Assembly: GCA_903825395.1 (NCBI GenBank)
Contig: CAIKAF010000010.1
Span: 16,700 to 80,699, forward strand
DNA: 64,000 bases
Source: an uncultured Flavobacteriales bacterium
GTDB taxonomy: Bacteria > Bacteroidota > Bacteroidia > CAIKAF01
Reading direction: 5' to 3'
Shown here piece by piece: positions 17,727 to 28,259 of this stretch (position 1 is its first letter; every line of letters starts with the position of its first letter). The notes beneath the pieces were generated by a model. It was not told where the DNA came from. It made no database searches and worked only from the letters and a program-made list of their open reading frames with translations. The position numbers and the translations under genes are program-made.

Positions 17727-19895
17727 CTATTCCAAAACCTGGTTGAAGGGAGAGCCGGCTGGCAATTCAGATGGTTTTCCATCGTACACCAAGCTGCCTT
17801 GGTCTAAAATAACCAAGCGCTTGCAGGCCATAGCCATATCCCTGTTTTTACTAACAATCAATAAGGTGGTTTCACTCATGTCGTCAATGAGCAGCCGCCG
17901 TAAGTCGGCCCGTTGTTCCGGTCCCAAGCCCAGTCCCAAATCTTCCAACAGCAAAATCCTGGGCTTTTCAATCAAGGCCCGGGCCAATGAAATTTTCCGA
18001 AGGGTTGAGGTTGAAATGCCTTTTTTATCGGGAATCAACACCGTATCGTATCCTTTTTTCAAGGCTTGAATTTCTTGGGTTAAGCCGACCGCTTTCACCA
18101 CCTCATTCACTTCTGAAAAGCCAATACCGGGTCGCCCCATGCTAATGTTTTCAAATACAGTGCCCCAAAAAATGGTGTCTTGCGATACGGTTTCGCCAAT
18201 CAGGGTATGTACGTCTTGGGCGTCCAGGTTCCGCAAGGGAACGTCATCCAGCAGCACCAATCCGGCCGAGGGCTGGTACAGGCCGCTCAACAAACTCAAC
18301 AGGGTAGATTTTCCAGCCCCTTCTCCTCCGGTTAAGCATACTTTTTCGCCCGATACAATGCGCAGCTGCACCTGCTTCAATACGCTTTTTCCGGAATGCG
18401 GAGAAACATAGCTCAATCCCCTTGCCTCAATTCCAATGCCCCCTTGCTGCAATTGGGTAGAAAGGCGCCGCCCAGAATGCTGTTCCAGGGGAATGTCGGT
18501 TACTTTGCCCAGTTTTTCGGCCGCGGTCAGCACATCGTACACCGTTTCCAAACCTTGAATGAATTTTTCAACCGAGTTGATGATTAGGATGATGACAATT
18601 TCTCCGGCCACAAATTGCCCGATGTTGATTTGCTGGTTCACCACCAAAGCCCCGCCCAACACCAGCAAACCTGCCGTCAAAATGACTTTGAAGGCCACCA
18701 TGAACCAGTTTTGCGACACAATGATTCGGAAGCGTTCTCGGCGGTGTCGAATGTAGCCTGCCACCAGTTTGTCGGTGGTTTCTAAGGGCAGGCTGCTGTT
18801 CCCGGTCAGCTTAAACAGCTCAATGTGCCGCCCAAGTTCCTGCAGCCAATTGGCGGTTTTGTATTTGTAGTCTGATTCCAGTAAGCTGGCATCCATAGCC
18901 TTGGGACTGGTGAGTCGAAACATGACATACACCACACCAATAACGACCAGGCCAAACACCAAAAACGTAAAATGGTAGAAGGAGAGCAGAATAATTCCAA
19001 ACAAAATTTGGAGCACCGAGCTGCTGAGGTCAATCAACAACTTTGGAAGTCCTTTTTGAATGGTAAGAATATCAAAAAAGCGGTTGGCGAGCTCAGGAGG
19101 AGATTTTTCTGAGAGGGCATCCATGCGCATTCGGGGGAAGCGATAGGCAAATTCCAGCGAAGCTCGCGCAAACAGGCGCTGTTGCATGGCTTCTACCACC
19201 CAAATTTGCATGATGTGCAGGGCGCCGGTTAAGAAGGCCCCCAGCAGTACCAGCACAATGAGCAGCACCAATGAGGTGGAAACCTGAGCTCCCATTAAAA
19301 ACCCGATAATGGCCTGAATTCCCAGGGGCAGCGACAGCGCCATTACCCCGGTAAACAGGGCATATACATACAGCAGGATGACTTCCTTCCGTTCCTGGTG
19401 CATCAATCGGAAAAATCGACTCAAAGGGCCTTTCAGGCGCTTGTACTCGTCAGATTCAACCCCAAAAATCCAGTCTAAGGGTTCGAAGAGCAGCACCCGA
19501 AATCCGCCCTCGCCCGATTCAAACGCAGTCCAAGGCAATTCTCCTTTGATGCTTTTCTGCTGTACATTTCCGTCTTGAATGTGCCTTAAGTCAAAGGATT
19601 TGCCGGGATTGGTGCTGATGTAGGCTCCCGATTGGTTTTTGCCAAAAAAGACCAAGGGGAGGGCTTGTTTGGCGCAATGGGTCATCACTTTCTCGGCCGA
19701 GATGTTTCGTTCTTGAACCATGAGTTTCAAGAAGGGCGCAGCACTGCGTAAAATTTCGATGCAGTCTTCGGAGCCGTAATTCCGGTTCGATTCGATGTGC
19801 CCCAAATATTCCTGCAGCTCGGTATTGTTCCGTGTCTCTCGACGGAAAACGACCCCAAGTTCTTCAATTAACTTTTTTATATCAATTCCCAGCAT
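17727..19895 (-). CDS. ABC exporter with N-terminal C39-like peptidase domain, 6-TM permease and C-terminal ATPase (PCAT / T1SS-type ABC)
   Basis: N-terminal ~150 aa with the Cys motif GSEDCIEILRSAAPFL (cf. C39 Q..DCG.ACL). Walker A GGEGAGKSTLLSLL, signature ISTSTLRKISLARAL, Walker B ILLLED. 722 aa. Confidence 0.8.
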   Translation of the reverse strand: MLGIDIKKLIEELGVVFRRETRNNTELQEYLGHIESNRNYGSEDCIEILRSAAPFLKLMVQERNISAEKVMTHCAKQALPLVFFGKNQSGAYISTNPGKSFDLRHIQDGNVQQKSIKGELPWTAFESGEGGFRVLLFEPLDWIFGVESDEYKRLKGPLSRFFRLMHQERKEVILLYVYALFTGVMALSLPLGIQAIIGFLMGAQVSTSLVLLIVLVLLGAFLTGALHIMQIWVVEAMQQRLFARASLEFAYRFPRMRMDALSEKSPPELANRFFDILTIQKGLPKLLIDLSSSVLQILFGIILLSFYHFTFLVFGLVVIGVVYVMFRLTSPKAMDASLLESDYKYKTANWLQELGRHIELFKLTGNSSLPLETTDKLVAGYIRHRRERFRIIVSQNWFMVAFKVILTAGLLVLGGALVVNQQINIGQFVAGEIVIILIINSVEKFIQGLETVYDVLTAAEKLGKVTDIPLEQHSGRRLSTQLQQGGIGIEARGLSYVSPHSGKSVLKQVQLRIVSGEKVCLTGGEGAGKSTLLSLLSGLYQPSAGLVLLDDVPLRNLDAQDVHTLIGETVSQDTIFWGTVFENISMGRPGIGFSEVNEVVKAVGLTQEIQALKKGYDTVLIPDKKGISTSTLRKISLARALIEKPRILLLEDLGLGLGPEQRADLRRLLIDDMSETTLLIVSKNRDMAMACKRLVILDQGSLVYDGKPSELPAGSPFNQVLE

Positions 19896-19972
19896 GGAGA
19901 AGGTAGTACTTTAATTTAAATCAGAAACACAAAAGGTGGCAATAAGGTTGAGTGAGGTCTGAAAATCAGAGG

Positions 19973-21130
19973 TTAACGCCGCTCTTGCCATTGCTTTTTT
20001 ACCTCTTTTGTTAGGGCGTCTTTATGCATTAGAAAATTAATGGTATGAAGACGAACAAAGGCTTCAGAAGCGTAAAAATATCCTCCGCAATCGTTGCTTT
20101 TATCTCCCCAGGAGTTCTTCACTTTGTAGTACACGGTTCCGGCTGGATCGCGGAACATGCCGGTAATCAACATGCCGTGGTCGTCGGTCACTTCATACCG
20201 GTCAAAGGCTTCTTGCCGGGCTTCTTGGCCGATGGTTTGTTGAGGTTGCGGCGACAAAAACAGGGCTTCTTTTTCTTCGCGTGAGCGGCCGGAAAATCCG
20301 CCTTCCGGCTTAATGGCCAAGCCCATTTTATGATTAAAGCCGGGGTCGGAAACATCGGCACCCCAAGCCACAGAATATCCGTTTTTCAAGGCATTGTTCA
20401 GGCAGGCCATCAAATCGTCAAGGGGCAGATTGTAGGCTGGCTCCCAGCTCCAGTTGTCGGGAATTTCGATGGGGAAAGACTGGTAAAAGGGATGGTGATT
20501 GAACGAGGTCAAATCGGCATAATCGTTGGCATTTAGGCCAAGGCTACTGGCGTAGCTTTTCGGAGTGTAGGATTTTCCTTGCAGTTCGAAGGATCCGGGC
20601 AAAGGCCCCAAATAGGCATCCAAAACGCCGCTAAAGGCTGTTTTCCAGGCCGTAGAAAGCCGTTGGTTTGGGTTTTTAACGACGGCATCTACAAGGCTCC
20701 GCGTTACAGCATCCAGTTCATTGTGCTTCACCGTTTCCTCTCCGTACGCATTTCCGGGGTAGGCCGATTCGGGCATTAAACCAAAGGTGCGAAGCACAAA
20801 CAGCGGGTCATGAAAGGCTCCCCCGGGACCAAAATTGGCATTGCCATGCAGGCGCACGAATTTTTCCGCCTTGGCTTGGTACACGTGCCGCACCACAAAC
20901 ATTTCAGACAAATTAACATTCGGCCGCTTCATGCGCAGCAGTTCCGACTCAAAAAAGGCCAACGAAGAAAAGCTCCAGCAGGTGCTGCTTTGGTGTTGGT
21001 TTTGCACCGGACTGGCTTCCAAATCAACCTCGGCACTGAGCGAAAAAGTGGCTTTTTCCGAGGGCTTAACCGCTTGAGCAAAGCCAGCCGTGCTGGTCAA
21101 TAACAGAGATATAAATGTAAAATACCGCAT
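19973..21130 (-). CDS. secreted papain-family (C1, aminopeptidase C/bleomycin-hydrolase-like) cysteine peptidase
   Basis: Signal peptide. Catalytic Cys block QSSTCWSFSSLAFFESE, His block VTDDHGMLITG, and the NSWG motif (YKVKNSWGD). Confidence 0.65.
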   Translation of the reverse strand: MRYFTFISLLLTSTAGFAQAVKPSEKATFSLSAEVDLEASPVQNQHQSSTCWSFSSLAFFESELLRMKRPNVNLSEMFVVRHVYQAKAEKFVRLHGNANFGPGGAFHDPLFVLRTFGLMPESAYPGNAYGEETVKHNELDAVTRSLVDAVVKNPNQRLSTAWKTAFSGVLDAYLGPLPGSFELQGKSYTPKSYASSLGLNANDYADLTSFNHHPFYQSFPIEIPDNWSWEPAYNLPLDDLMACLNNALKNGYSVAWGADVSDPGFNHKMGLAIKPEGGFSGRSREEKEALFLSPQPQQTIGQEARQEAFDRYEVTDDHGMLITGMFRDPAGTVYYKVKNSWGDKSNDCGGYFYASEAFVRLHTINFLMHKDALTKEVKKQWQERR

Positions 21131-21202
21131 TTCAATTTTCTTCTTTGTCGTGAAGATACAAAATGAATTTGACTGGGGCCATTTCCGGCTTTCCGTTGTA
21201 GG

Positions 21203-21330
21203 TGAGCGGCGGCGGCGGCAAACGGGCTGGGCGGTGCGTGGGCTTCCTTTGGTCGCCTCCGCCCGCCGGCCCGTTTAAGCCGCCCCCATCCGCTCCCCTG
21301 CCACTGCAATCCGGGGCCCGGCCCCCTCAA
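21203..21330 (+). repeat. GC-rich dispersed element, degenerate copy in a divergent promoter region
   Basis: ...gggctgggcggtgcgtgggcttcctttggtcgcctccgcccgccggccc...ccactgcaatccggggcc is weakly alignable to the family consensus. Confidence 0.35.
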
Positions 21331-21448
21331 ACGAACAGGCCGTTTTAAACAAGAACCGCAACTCAATCCGCAGGAAGACGGCTTCCTTTTCCGAACACGC
21401 TGTGTACCTTTACCCCGAACTTTTTCCTGCAACTGAACTTTTATTGAC

Positions 21449-22237
21449 ATGACAGAAGAATTGAAAGGCAAGCATGCCTTAGTATGTGGAGGCTCTGAAG
21501 GCATAGGAAAGGCGGCCGCAATGGCCTTGGCGGCCATGGGGGCTCAGGTGACATTGTTGGCCAGAGACCCCGAAAAATTAATGGAAGTCCGAGATGCATT
21601 ACCGGCTTTTTCCGGCCAAAAGCACCGCACAATCGCCGCCGATATGTCCGACGCCAATGCCCTTCGGGAAGCGGTGGGTCAGTCCGTAGCCGCCTCAGGC
21701 GAGGTGCATATTTTAATCAACAATTCCGGGGGACCGGCATCCGGGCCGCTCATCCACGAGCCCATTGAAAAATTCGAACAGGTGTTCCGGCAGCATGTGC
21801 TCTCGGCCCAAACGTTAACCCAATTGCTGTTGGACGGAATGATTGGTGCCGGATATGGACGCATAATCAATGTGATTTCCACCAGCGTTAAGGCCCCTTT
21901 ACCCGGACTTGGCGTTTCCAATACCGTTCGCGGAGCTATGGGCAGCTGGGCCAAAACCCTATCGGCCGAAGTTGCCCCTTGGGGAATTACCGTGAACAAT
22001 GTGTTGCCCGGAGCCACAGATACAGCCCGGTTGAGAAATTTAATTTCCGCCAAAGCGCTAAAAACAAACCGTACAGAAGAGGATGTTGCTCAGGAAATGA
22101 TGGATGAAATTCCACTTGGTCGCTTTGCCCAGCCCGAAGAAATTGCGCATGCCATCGCCTTTCTGGCCTCGCCTCGGGCCGGGTACATTTCAGGCATCAA
22201 CCTTCCGGTGGACGGTGGCCGCCTAAAAAATCTATAA
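21449..22237 (+). CDS. short-chain dehydrogenase/reductase (SDR) family oxidoreductase
   Basis: ALVCGGSEGIGKAAA Rossmann motif, NNSG motif, ~262 aa. Confidence 0.8.
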   Translation: MTEELKGKHALVCGGSEGIGKAAAMALAAMGAQVTLLARDPEKLMEVRDALPAFSGQKHRTIAADMSDANALREAVGQSVAASGEVHILINNSGGPASGPLIHEPIEKFEQVFRQHVLSAQTLTQLLLDGMIGAGYGRIINVISTSVKAPLPGLGVSNTVRGAMGSWAKTLSAEVAPWGITVNNVLPGATDTARLRNLISAKALKTNRTEEDVAQEMMDEIPLGRFAQPEEIAHAIAFLASPRAGYISGINLPVDGGRLKNL

Positions 22238-22336
22238 ATGTGACCGCTGGGAATCGGTTTGGCGCACATTATTGCTAAAAAGCACCTTACTTTGCACCAT
22301 AATCCAACACCAACTTTTCTACCAAACCAAACCTTT

Positions 22337-24652
22337 ATGAAGCGTTTCTTTCTCCTGTTTTCTCTTTTACTGTCAATAAATGTACTCGGGCAGCTGGCTC
22401 CGGTTCCTACCTCATGGGATGCCAGCCCCCCCATGCCCAATGGTTTCACTACCAATATGGCCTCAGGTTCTGAATATTACATCAGCTCTACTTGCAGTTC
22501 CATCATTCAAAACCCATCGTCCTTTAAATTGGATTTCGGTGGCCGGTTCCTTCAAATGCAATTTGCCTCTCAACCGGGCAAGATTAGGTACGAGATCGGA
22601 GGTCAAACCGGTTCGGCGCCATATTGGAATGGAACATTCATCGTGCAATCTTCAGTGGATGGACTAAGCTGGACCGACCTGAAAACCTACACCGGAGCGC
22701 AGGCTATCCCTTCTCAAAACGATGCCACAAACTGCCTGTTGGACTCGGTCACGCCTACCGACCCGTTAACACGGTATGTACGTTTCTTCTTTCAAACCAA
22801 AATGAGCGGCAACGACCCCAATGGGGGAGGCAACATCAAAGTAGACAACATTTCTGTTTTTACACCGCCGTACACGGTTCAAAAGCTGAAGGTGTACCAA
22901 TCCAATGCAGAGCTATTTAATCCGGGCTTAACCCAGCCCGTTCAATCTGCTGTAAATGCGACCACGGCACTGCCTTTGGATTTAAGGCACGTGGGCCTTT
23001 CCGGAAATCTGACCATTTATTCCATGACCTTGAGCGGGCCGGCTGCCGGCAGCTATGCGGTAACCTCGCCCAATTTTCCACTCACTCTAACAGCCGGCAA
23101 CAGCCAAATAGCCAACATTGATTTTACGCCCAATCAGCCGGGAACCCACCAAGCCCTACTGACCATCAAAAGCAACGATCCTACAGTAGATAGTGTGTAC
23201 AGCATTCAGCTGTATGGAATTGGAGGCAATTTGGCCAGCGCTCCCGCCTTCGCGCCCAGCAATGTTTCCATTTCGAATGTTAAAACTTTCCGGTACACGG
23301 TTGGAATGACTCTTCCCATAAACGGCCCGGACGCCTATGGCGGGTATTTGGTGTTGCGCAGCGAAGGCAGTCCAATCAATGCCGTACCTCAAAACGGACA
23401 AAACTACCAGCGGGGCATGAGCATTGGCAATGCCAAAGTGGTGTACGTAGGCAAACCCGCTCCCGGACCTTTTGCCTTTATTCCCAATTGGATTTTGGCC
23501 GGTAGAACCGATGAAATATCCGTTTACGGATTCAATGGAACCGGCAGTTACACCAACTATGCGGCGACTCCGGTTAATGCATCCATTACTACGCCGTCCA
23601 CCATGGAAGCGCCCAACGAGTACAGCGGAATAGACCCCTCCCTGAACACCTTCCCTGCCGATTTGCAGGCTTTGATTAATCCGCATACAGCCATTTTTTA
23701 CAGCGATTACATTGAAACAATGATTCAAGGGTTTCAAGCTAGAGACACCTTTATTGTCAGCGGACCCAACATCAAAGATCGGGTGCTGGATTGCCCATAT
23801 TCCGGCGCCCCCATCTTATATCAAGAGCCGTTTCAGTTCGGAGCCACCGGAACCAGCCGTGAGCACAGCTGGCCACACACCTGGATGCCAACCCACCCTG
23901 CAGATTCGCCAGAAAAACCAGAGTACAACGACCAACACAATTTATTCCCGACCTTTCAAAATGCCAACGGCGTCCGCTGCAACTACCCCTTGGGAGAAGT
24001 AGTGAATCCTTTGGTTTCAACCGGAGTAGGAGTACTTGGATTGGATGCGGTTGGAAACCGGGTGTACGAGCCCGCCGATTACCACAAGGGGCGCGCCGCG
24101 CGTGCTTTGATGTACATGGCCGCATGCTACAACAGTGTGAGTGGAAATGGCTGGAATTTCAATGCCCCCATGGGCGAGAATTGCAACGGAACTCCCCTCA
24201 ATGCAATTCAAAACCAAGAGGTAATAAAAAACTGGCACTTCAATTATCCCCCAACCTCCTTTGACATTGCCCGCAACGACTTCTTGGATAGCCTGCAAGG
24301 CAATCGGAATCCGTTTGTAGATCGGCCGGATTATGCCTGCTACATTGATTTCTTAACCATGACGTACATTCCAAATCCCAGCATCCCCTGTTTTGTGACG
24401 GGCTTGGACAACATGGCGGCATTGCCATCCAAGGTATGGCCAAATCCGGCGCATGAAGTTGTTCATGTTGCCCTGGCCGGAGCTAAAGCATTTCAGTTCC
24501 GCATCAGCGATCTGATGGGGCGCCGAGTGTTGTCGGGAGCTTCTTCGTCAGAGGTAGAACAAATCAACATTCAAGGCCTGAGTTCAGGGACCTACATGGT
24601 TGAAATTGAACATCAGGGAAGCCGGGCACTGCACCGCCTAGTGATTCCCTAA
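22337..24652 (+). CDS. secreted endonuclease I (EndA/NucM-type) family nuclease with N-terminal beta-domains and T9SS C-terminal sorting domain
   Basis: Signal peptide MKRFFLLFSLLLSINVLG. The DYHKGRAARALMYMAACYN and GNRNPFVDRPDY blocks match the Endonuclease_1 signature. The C-terminal VWPNP...QINIQGLSSGTYMVEIEHQG is T9SS-CTD-like. The start is moved to the 22337 ATG. Confidence 0.65.
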   Translation: MKRFFLLFSLLLSINVLGQLAPVPTSWDASPPMPNGFTTNMASGSEYYISSTCSSIIQNPSSFKLDFGGRFLQMQFASQPGKIRYEIGGQTGSAPYWNGTFIVQSSVDGLSWTDLKTYTGAQAIPSQNDATNCLLDSVTPTDPLTRYVRFFFQTKMSGNDPNGGGNIKVDNISVFTPPYTVQKLKVYQSNAELFNPGLTQPVQSAVNATTALPLDLRHVGLSGNLTIYSMTLSGPAAGSYAVTSPNFPLTLTAGNSQIANIDFTPNQPGTHQALLTIKSNDPTVDSVYSIQLYGIGGNLASAPAFAPSNVSISNVKTFRYTVGMTLPINGPDAYGGYLVLRSEGSPINAVPQNGQNYQRGMSIGNAKVVYVGKPAPGPFAFIPNWILAGRTDEISVYGFNGTGSYTNYAATPVNASITTPSTMEAPNEYSGIDPSLNTFPADLQALINPHTAIFYSDYIETMIQGFQARDTFIVSGPNIKDRVLDCPYSGAPILYQEPFQFGATGTSREHSWPHTWMPTHPADSPEKPEYNDQHNLFPTFQNANGVRCNYPLGEVVNPLVSTGVGVLGLDAVGNRVYEPADYHKGRAARALMYMAACYNSVSGNGWNFNAPMGENCNGTPLNAIQNQEVIKNWHFNYPPTSFDIARNDFLDSLQGNRNPFVDRPDYACYIDFLTMTYIPNPSIPCFVTGLDNMAALPSKVWPNPAHEVVHVALAGAKAFQFRISDLMGRRVLSGASSSEVEQINIQGLSSGTYMVEIEHQGSRALHRLVIP

Positions 24653-24676
24653 GTCCAAACTGCTAGAACATGGGCA

Positions 24677-25468
24677 ATGGAAGAGGCCCATTTTCATGCC
24701 GCCTTTCTTACCTTTGAATCAATGCAAAGCCAGAATAACGGTGTGTTGAATATTGATGCGGTGTTTGTTGTGCATGTAAAGCACGACCTTGAGCGTGAAA
24801 CCTGGATGCAGCAGCAATTGAATCGGTTGGGTATTGCCTTTCGTTGGATGTTGGAAGCAGACCTTCAAGAGCTAAGCCCCGAAATCATAGAGCAGTACTT
24901 TTCCGGAGATGAGATGGCCGGAGCCCCTAGGCCTGCCCATTCCTGTGCCTTAAAGCACCTGTTCATTTATCGAACTATGGTGCAAGAAAACATAGGGTCG
25001 GCCCTTATTTTAGAAGACGATGCCATTTTATCGAACAACTTTGTGCCGCTGTTCAATCAAATGGTAGAGGAATGGAAATCGTTGCCCGAGGCGGAACGCG
25101 ATATGGCCTTGATTAATCTTGAAAACAGCCTTCAGGTCTGGGTGCCGCGGAAGCAAAGAAAAAAAAATCAATTGCTCTATGCCATGCCCAAAGGCCGGGC
25201 AACCGGGGGGTATATGTTGAGCAAGCCCTTGGCCAAACGCATTTGGAATCATGCTCAGGAAAAGGGTTGCCATCGTCCAATAGACTGGTACCACAACGAC
25301 TTAAGCGGCATGATTGGGTTGAAGCATTACTGGGCGCATCCAACCTGCGTAGAGCAAGGCAGCCACAACGGCAGGTGGAAATCGTTGGTGGACCATAAGC
25401 CGGCGGGCTGGTTTCGGCAAATCACCTGGCAAGTTCAATTGAGAATAAAATCCCTTTTTGCTCCGTAA
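24677..25468 (+). CDS. glycosyltransferase family 25 (LPS/LOS biosynthesis, Lic2B/LgtB-like)
   Basis: IDAVFVVHVKHDLERETWMQQQL...ALKHLFIYRTMV...ALILEDDAIL is typical of GT25. Contains an A9 run in the coding sequence (25159-25167). Confidence 0.6.
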   Translation: MEEAHFHAAFLTFESMQSQNNGVLNIDAVFVVHVKHDLERETWMQQQLNRLGIAFRWMLEADLQELSPEIIEQYFSGDEMAGAPRPAHSCALKHLFIYRTMVQENIGSALILEDDAILSNNFVPLFNQMVEEWKSLPEAERDMALINLENSLQVWVPRKQRKKNQLLYAMPKGRATGGYMLSKPLAKRIWNHAQEKGCHRPIDWYHNDLSGMIGLKHYWAHPTCVEQGSHNGRWKSLVDHKPAGWFRQITWQVQLRIKSLFAP

Positions 25469-27296
25469 CTTGCATCCGGTGAATCGATTGTTGCGCATAT
25501 TTCATTTAACCCGAGGGCTCCGTAAAAACCTTTGGTTTTATCTTGTTTTTGGTTGGATAAGCACTTTTTTTGGCTTGTTTTCCTTGGTGTTGATTGCTCC
25601 CCTCCTGGAACTTATTTTTTATCCCTCGGCGCAGGTCAACAATGTAGCACCAAGCTGGGAATGGAGCAAACAAGGCATGTTGGACTCGGCCGAATATGCC
25701 CTTCACCACATTGGAGTCATACATGGACCTCAATTCGCCTTGCTGATGGTCTGCCTGTTTGTAGTAGCCGCCATTGGACTGAAAAACGGGTTTCATTATT
25801 GGGCAACCCGGCATTCCTCGCTGGTGGTAAATAAAAGCACAGAAACCCTTCGCAACCAGCTGTTTCGTCGGGTGTTAAATTTGCCTCAAGCCTACCTGAC
25901 CGATAGCCGCAAGGGAGAATTGGTGTCGCGCTTAACCAACGATGTGCAGGACATCGAGTTTTCAATATTGTCGGTGGTTACGGCCTTTTTTCGGCACCCA
26001 CTTCACATTGTTACCTACGTAGTTGCCTTGCTTCTGCTGAGTCCTCAGCTCACCTTATTTTTGCTTTTGTTTTTGCCCATCACCGGCGGCGTTATAGGCC
26101 TGGTTAGTCGCGCGCTGCGTAAAAACACCAGAATGGCACAACAGCATTTTGGTCGCCTGGTGGCCCACCTGGAAGAAAGCCTTAGCGTGTTGAAAATGAT
26201 TCGCTCCTTTGGTGCCGCCCCTTTTTTTACCGCCCGCTTTGAATCAGAAAATCGGGAATATACCCAGCGAAGAATTCGGATGTTTCGTCAGGCCGACCTT
26301 GCTGTTCCTTTGGGAGAGGTGCTTGGGGTTGCTGCTGTTGCCGCAGTGCTTTGGTGGGGCGGGTCACTGGTGTTTTCTGCTCAACTTTCGGCAGCTGCAT
26401 TTATTACTTACATCGTTGTTTTTGCTCAGCTTATCGAGCCATTTAAAGGGCTATCCAGATCCATTTACGATGCGCAAAAAGGAGTGGCGGCATTGGATGG
26501 AATCGAAGAAATGATTCGGCAGGCCAAGCCTCATGCCCTTAGCGAAGGCCAAGCGACCATGACTTCTTTTCAACACCACATTGAAATCCAAAACCTAGGA
26601 TTTCAGTTCGGCGAAGAGTGGATTTTGCGTGGAATGAACTTCAGCATTCCCAAAGGAAAAACAGTAGCCGTGGTGGGGCCATCCGGTTCTGGAAAAACAA
26701 CCCTAATCAATCTGTTGGCTCGGTTTTATGACCCCCTTGAAGGGCAAATCAGGGTTGATGGCGTCAATTTAAAGGAAATACGCCCCGAGGATTGGAGGAA
26801 GGTGTTGGCCTTGGTGAGCCAGGAAGCCCTGTTGTTCAACGACAGCATTGAAAGCAACATTCGGCTTGGGGAGCAGGATAGAACCGAAGACCACTTAATT
26901 CAGGCGGCTCAACAGGCCAATGCCTTGGAATTTATTCTGCAACAACCTCAGGGCTTTCAAACTCAGGTGGGCGACGGAGGCAATCGATTGTCTGGAGGTC
27001 AAAAGCAACGGATTGGATTGGCTCGGGCCTTGTACCATGGAGCAGAAATTTTGCTTTTGGATGAAGCGACGTCTGCCTTAGACTCGGAATCTGAGCGCGC
27101 GGTGCAGGCGGCATTGGCTCAATTGTCGGGGTGCCACACCTTGGTGGTTGTGGCCCATCGACTAAGTACGGTGCGGTCTGCCGACCTTATTTTGGTGTTG
27201 AAGGGCGGGAGGATACAAGAGGCAGGAACGCATCAGGAATTGATGGAACAGGGAGGCATGTACAAGTCAATGGTTGAGCTTCAGGCGTTTAGGTAG
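25458..27296 (+). CDS. ABC transporter permease/ATPase, MsbA-like lipid exporter
   Basis: 6-TM N-domain, then GPSGSGKTT, LSGGQKQRIGLARAL and LLLDEATSALD. 612 aa. Overlaps the GT25 gene by 11 nt. Confidence 0.8.
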   Translation: MLRNLHPVNRLLRIFHLTRGLRKNLWFYLVFGWISTFFGLFSLVLIAPLLELIFYPSAQVNNVAPSWEWSKQGMLDSAEYALHHIGVIHGPQFALLMVCLFVVAAIGLKNGFHYWATRHSSLVVNKSTETLRNQLFRRVLNLPQAYLTDSRKGELVSRLTNDVQDIEFSILSVVTAFFRHPLHIVTYVVALLLLSPQLTLFLLLFLPITGGVIGLVSRALRKNTRMAQQHFGRLVAHLEESLSVLKMIRSFGAAPFFTARFESENREYTQRRIRMFRQADLAVPLGEVLGVAAVAAVLWWGGSLVFSAQLSAAAFITYIVVFAQLIEPFKGLSRSIYDAQKGVAALDGIEEMIRQAKPHALSEGQATMTSFQHHIEIQNLGFQFGEEWILRGMNFSIPKGKTVAVVGPSGSGKTTLINLLARFYDPLEGQIRVDGVNLKEIRPEDWRKVLALVSQEALLFNDSIESNIRLGEQDRTEDHLIQAAQQANALEFILQQPQGFQTQVGDGGNRLSGGQKQRIGLARALYHGAEILLLDEATSALDSESERAVQAALAQLSGCHTLVVVAHRLSTVRSADLILVLKGGRIQEAGTHQELMEQGGMYKSMVELQAFR

Positions 27297-27354
27297 TCCG
27301 TTTGGGATTTGAAATTGGGGGCGGTTTACTATTACGGTAAAGAACGATTTTAGT

Positions 27355-27509
27355 GACTTGAAGTTTTTTTTGCCGCGAAGGACACCATGTCGGCACAAAG
27401 TGCACAGAGGGAGTGGTGTTATACCGAGAGTGTGCAGGAGTTCCGAGGCTCCTTTGCGAACATTGCGGCTTCCTTTGCGGCCATTGCGGTAAAAAATGGC
27501 GGTTAGGCC
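27355..27509 (-). repeat. dispersed repeat family 1, reverse orientation
   Basis: The reverse complement reads ttttttaccgcaatggccgcaaaggaagccgcaatgttcgcaaaggagcc...ccctctgtgcactttgtgccgacat, matching the 37783-37920 copy. Confidence 0.7.
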
Positions 27510-27602
27510 TTGATGGGTTTTTCACGGAAAAGAACACTTAAGCGACAACATTCAAAAATCCAAACCAGAGAAAGGCCTGTTTCCCCTCATATTTTATATT
27601 TG

Positions 27603-27639
27603 GGCGTAAATTTTACAATAGCATTGTAAAATTTACGCC
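27603..27639. promoter_or_regulatory. perfect 17-bp/3-nt-loop palindrome ggcgtaaattttacaat-agc-attgtaaaatttacgcc in the ~880-bp leader upstream of the pyrimidine-catabolism cluster; operator or terminator
   Basis: Perfect inverted repeat, read directly. Followed by attttatgtg. Sits between the two family-1 repeat copies. Confidence 0.5.
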
Positions 27640-27914
27640 ATTTTATGTGATACAACAAAAATCAGCCTTCTTGCTGGGGGAAATATCTTCATGATTGTAT
27701 TGATCATTGATTGCTATTCCGTAGCTCAAAACACCAGGACCCCGTGGGGGTGATATTATTGTAGGTGGCATTATTGTGGGATACATGATAATATTTGGAA
27801 TAGAAAATTTGCCTCACTCCCCCTCAGCGCCTTTTTCGGCTCCTTCATGGTAAAAATCCCATTAAAATAGCGAGAGTATTTTTTACCATTTCAATTCGGC
27901 GCAACGGGCACGGA

Positions 27915-28004
27915 GGGTGTGTTGTGTCGCTAGAGGGCTCGTGGCTCCTTTGCGAACATTGCGGCTTCCTTTGCGGCCTTTGTGTTAAAAATTGGCGGTT
28001 AGGC
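27915..28004 (-). repeat. dispersed repeat family 1, partial copy (reverse orientation)
   Basis: gctcgtggctcctttgcgaacattgcggcttcctttgcggcc...ggcggttaggcc is near-identical to 27440-27509. Confidence 0.6.
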
Positions 28005-28259
28005 CTATTAATTGCTTTTGATGGAGTCGAGCTGTTAAAACCCGAAAAGCGCTATAAATGGATGTAAACACTCCTACCTCCCCGATTCCCCCCGCCGGGT
28101 AAGATTTCATAGATTTTTGGAAGACCCTAAAAAACACTGATTTACAGATACTTAACCGATTCGCTCCGGCAAAGCCCGTTGCGTTTCAGTTCTTTTGTAA
28201 TAACTTGTCCTTTTAAAACCTTAAACCGCGGCGAAACCCCGCCAAATTTGTACAAAACT

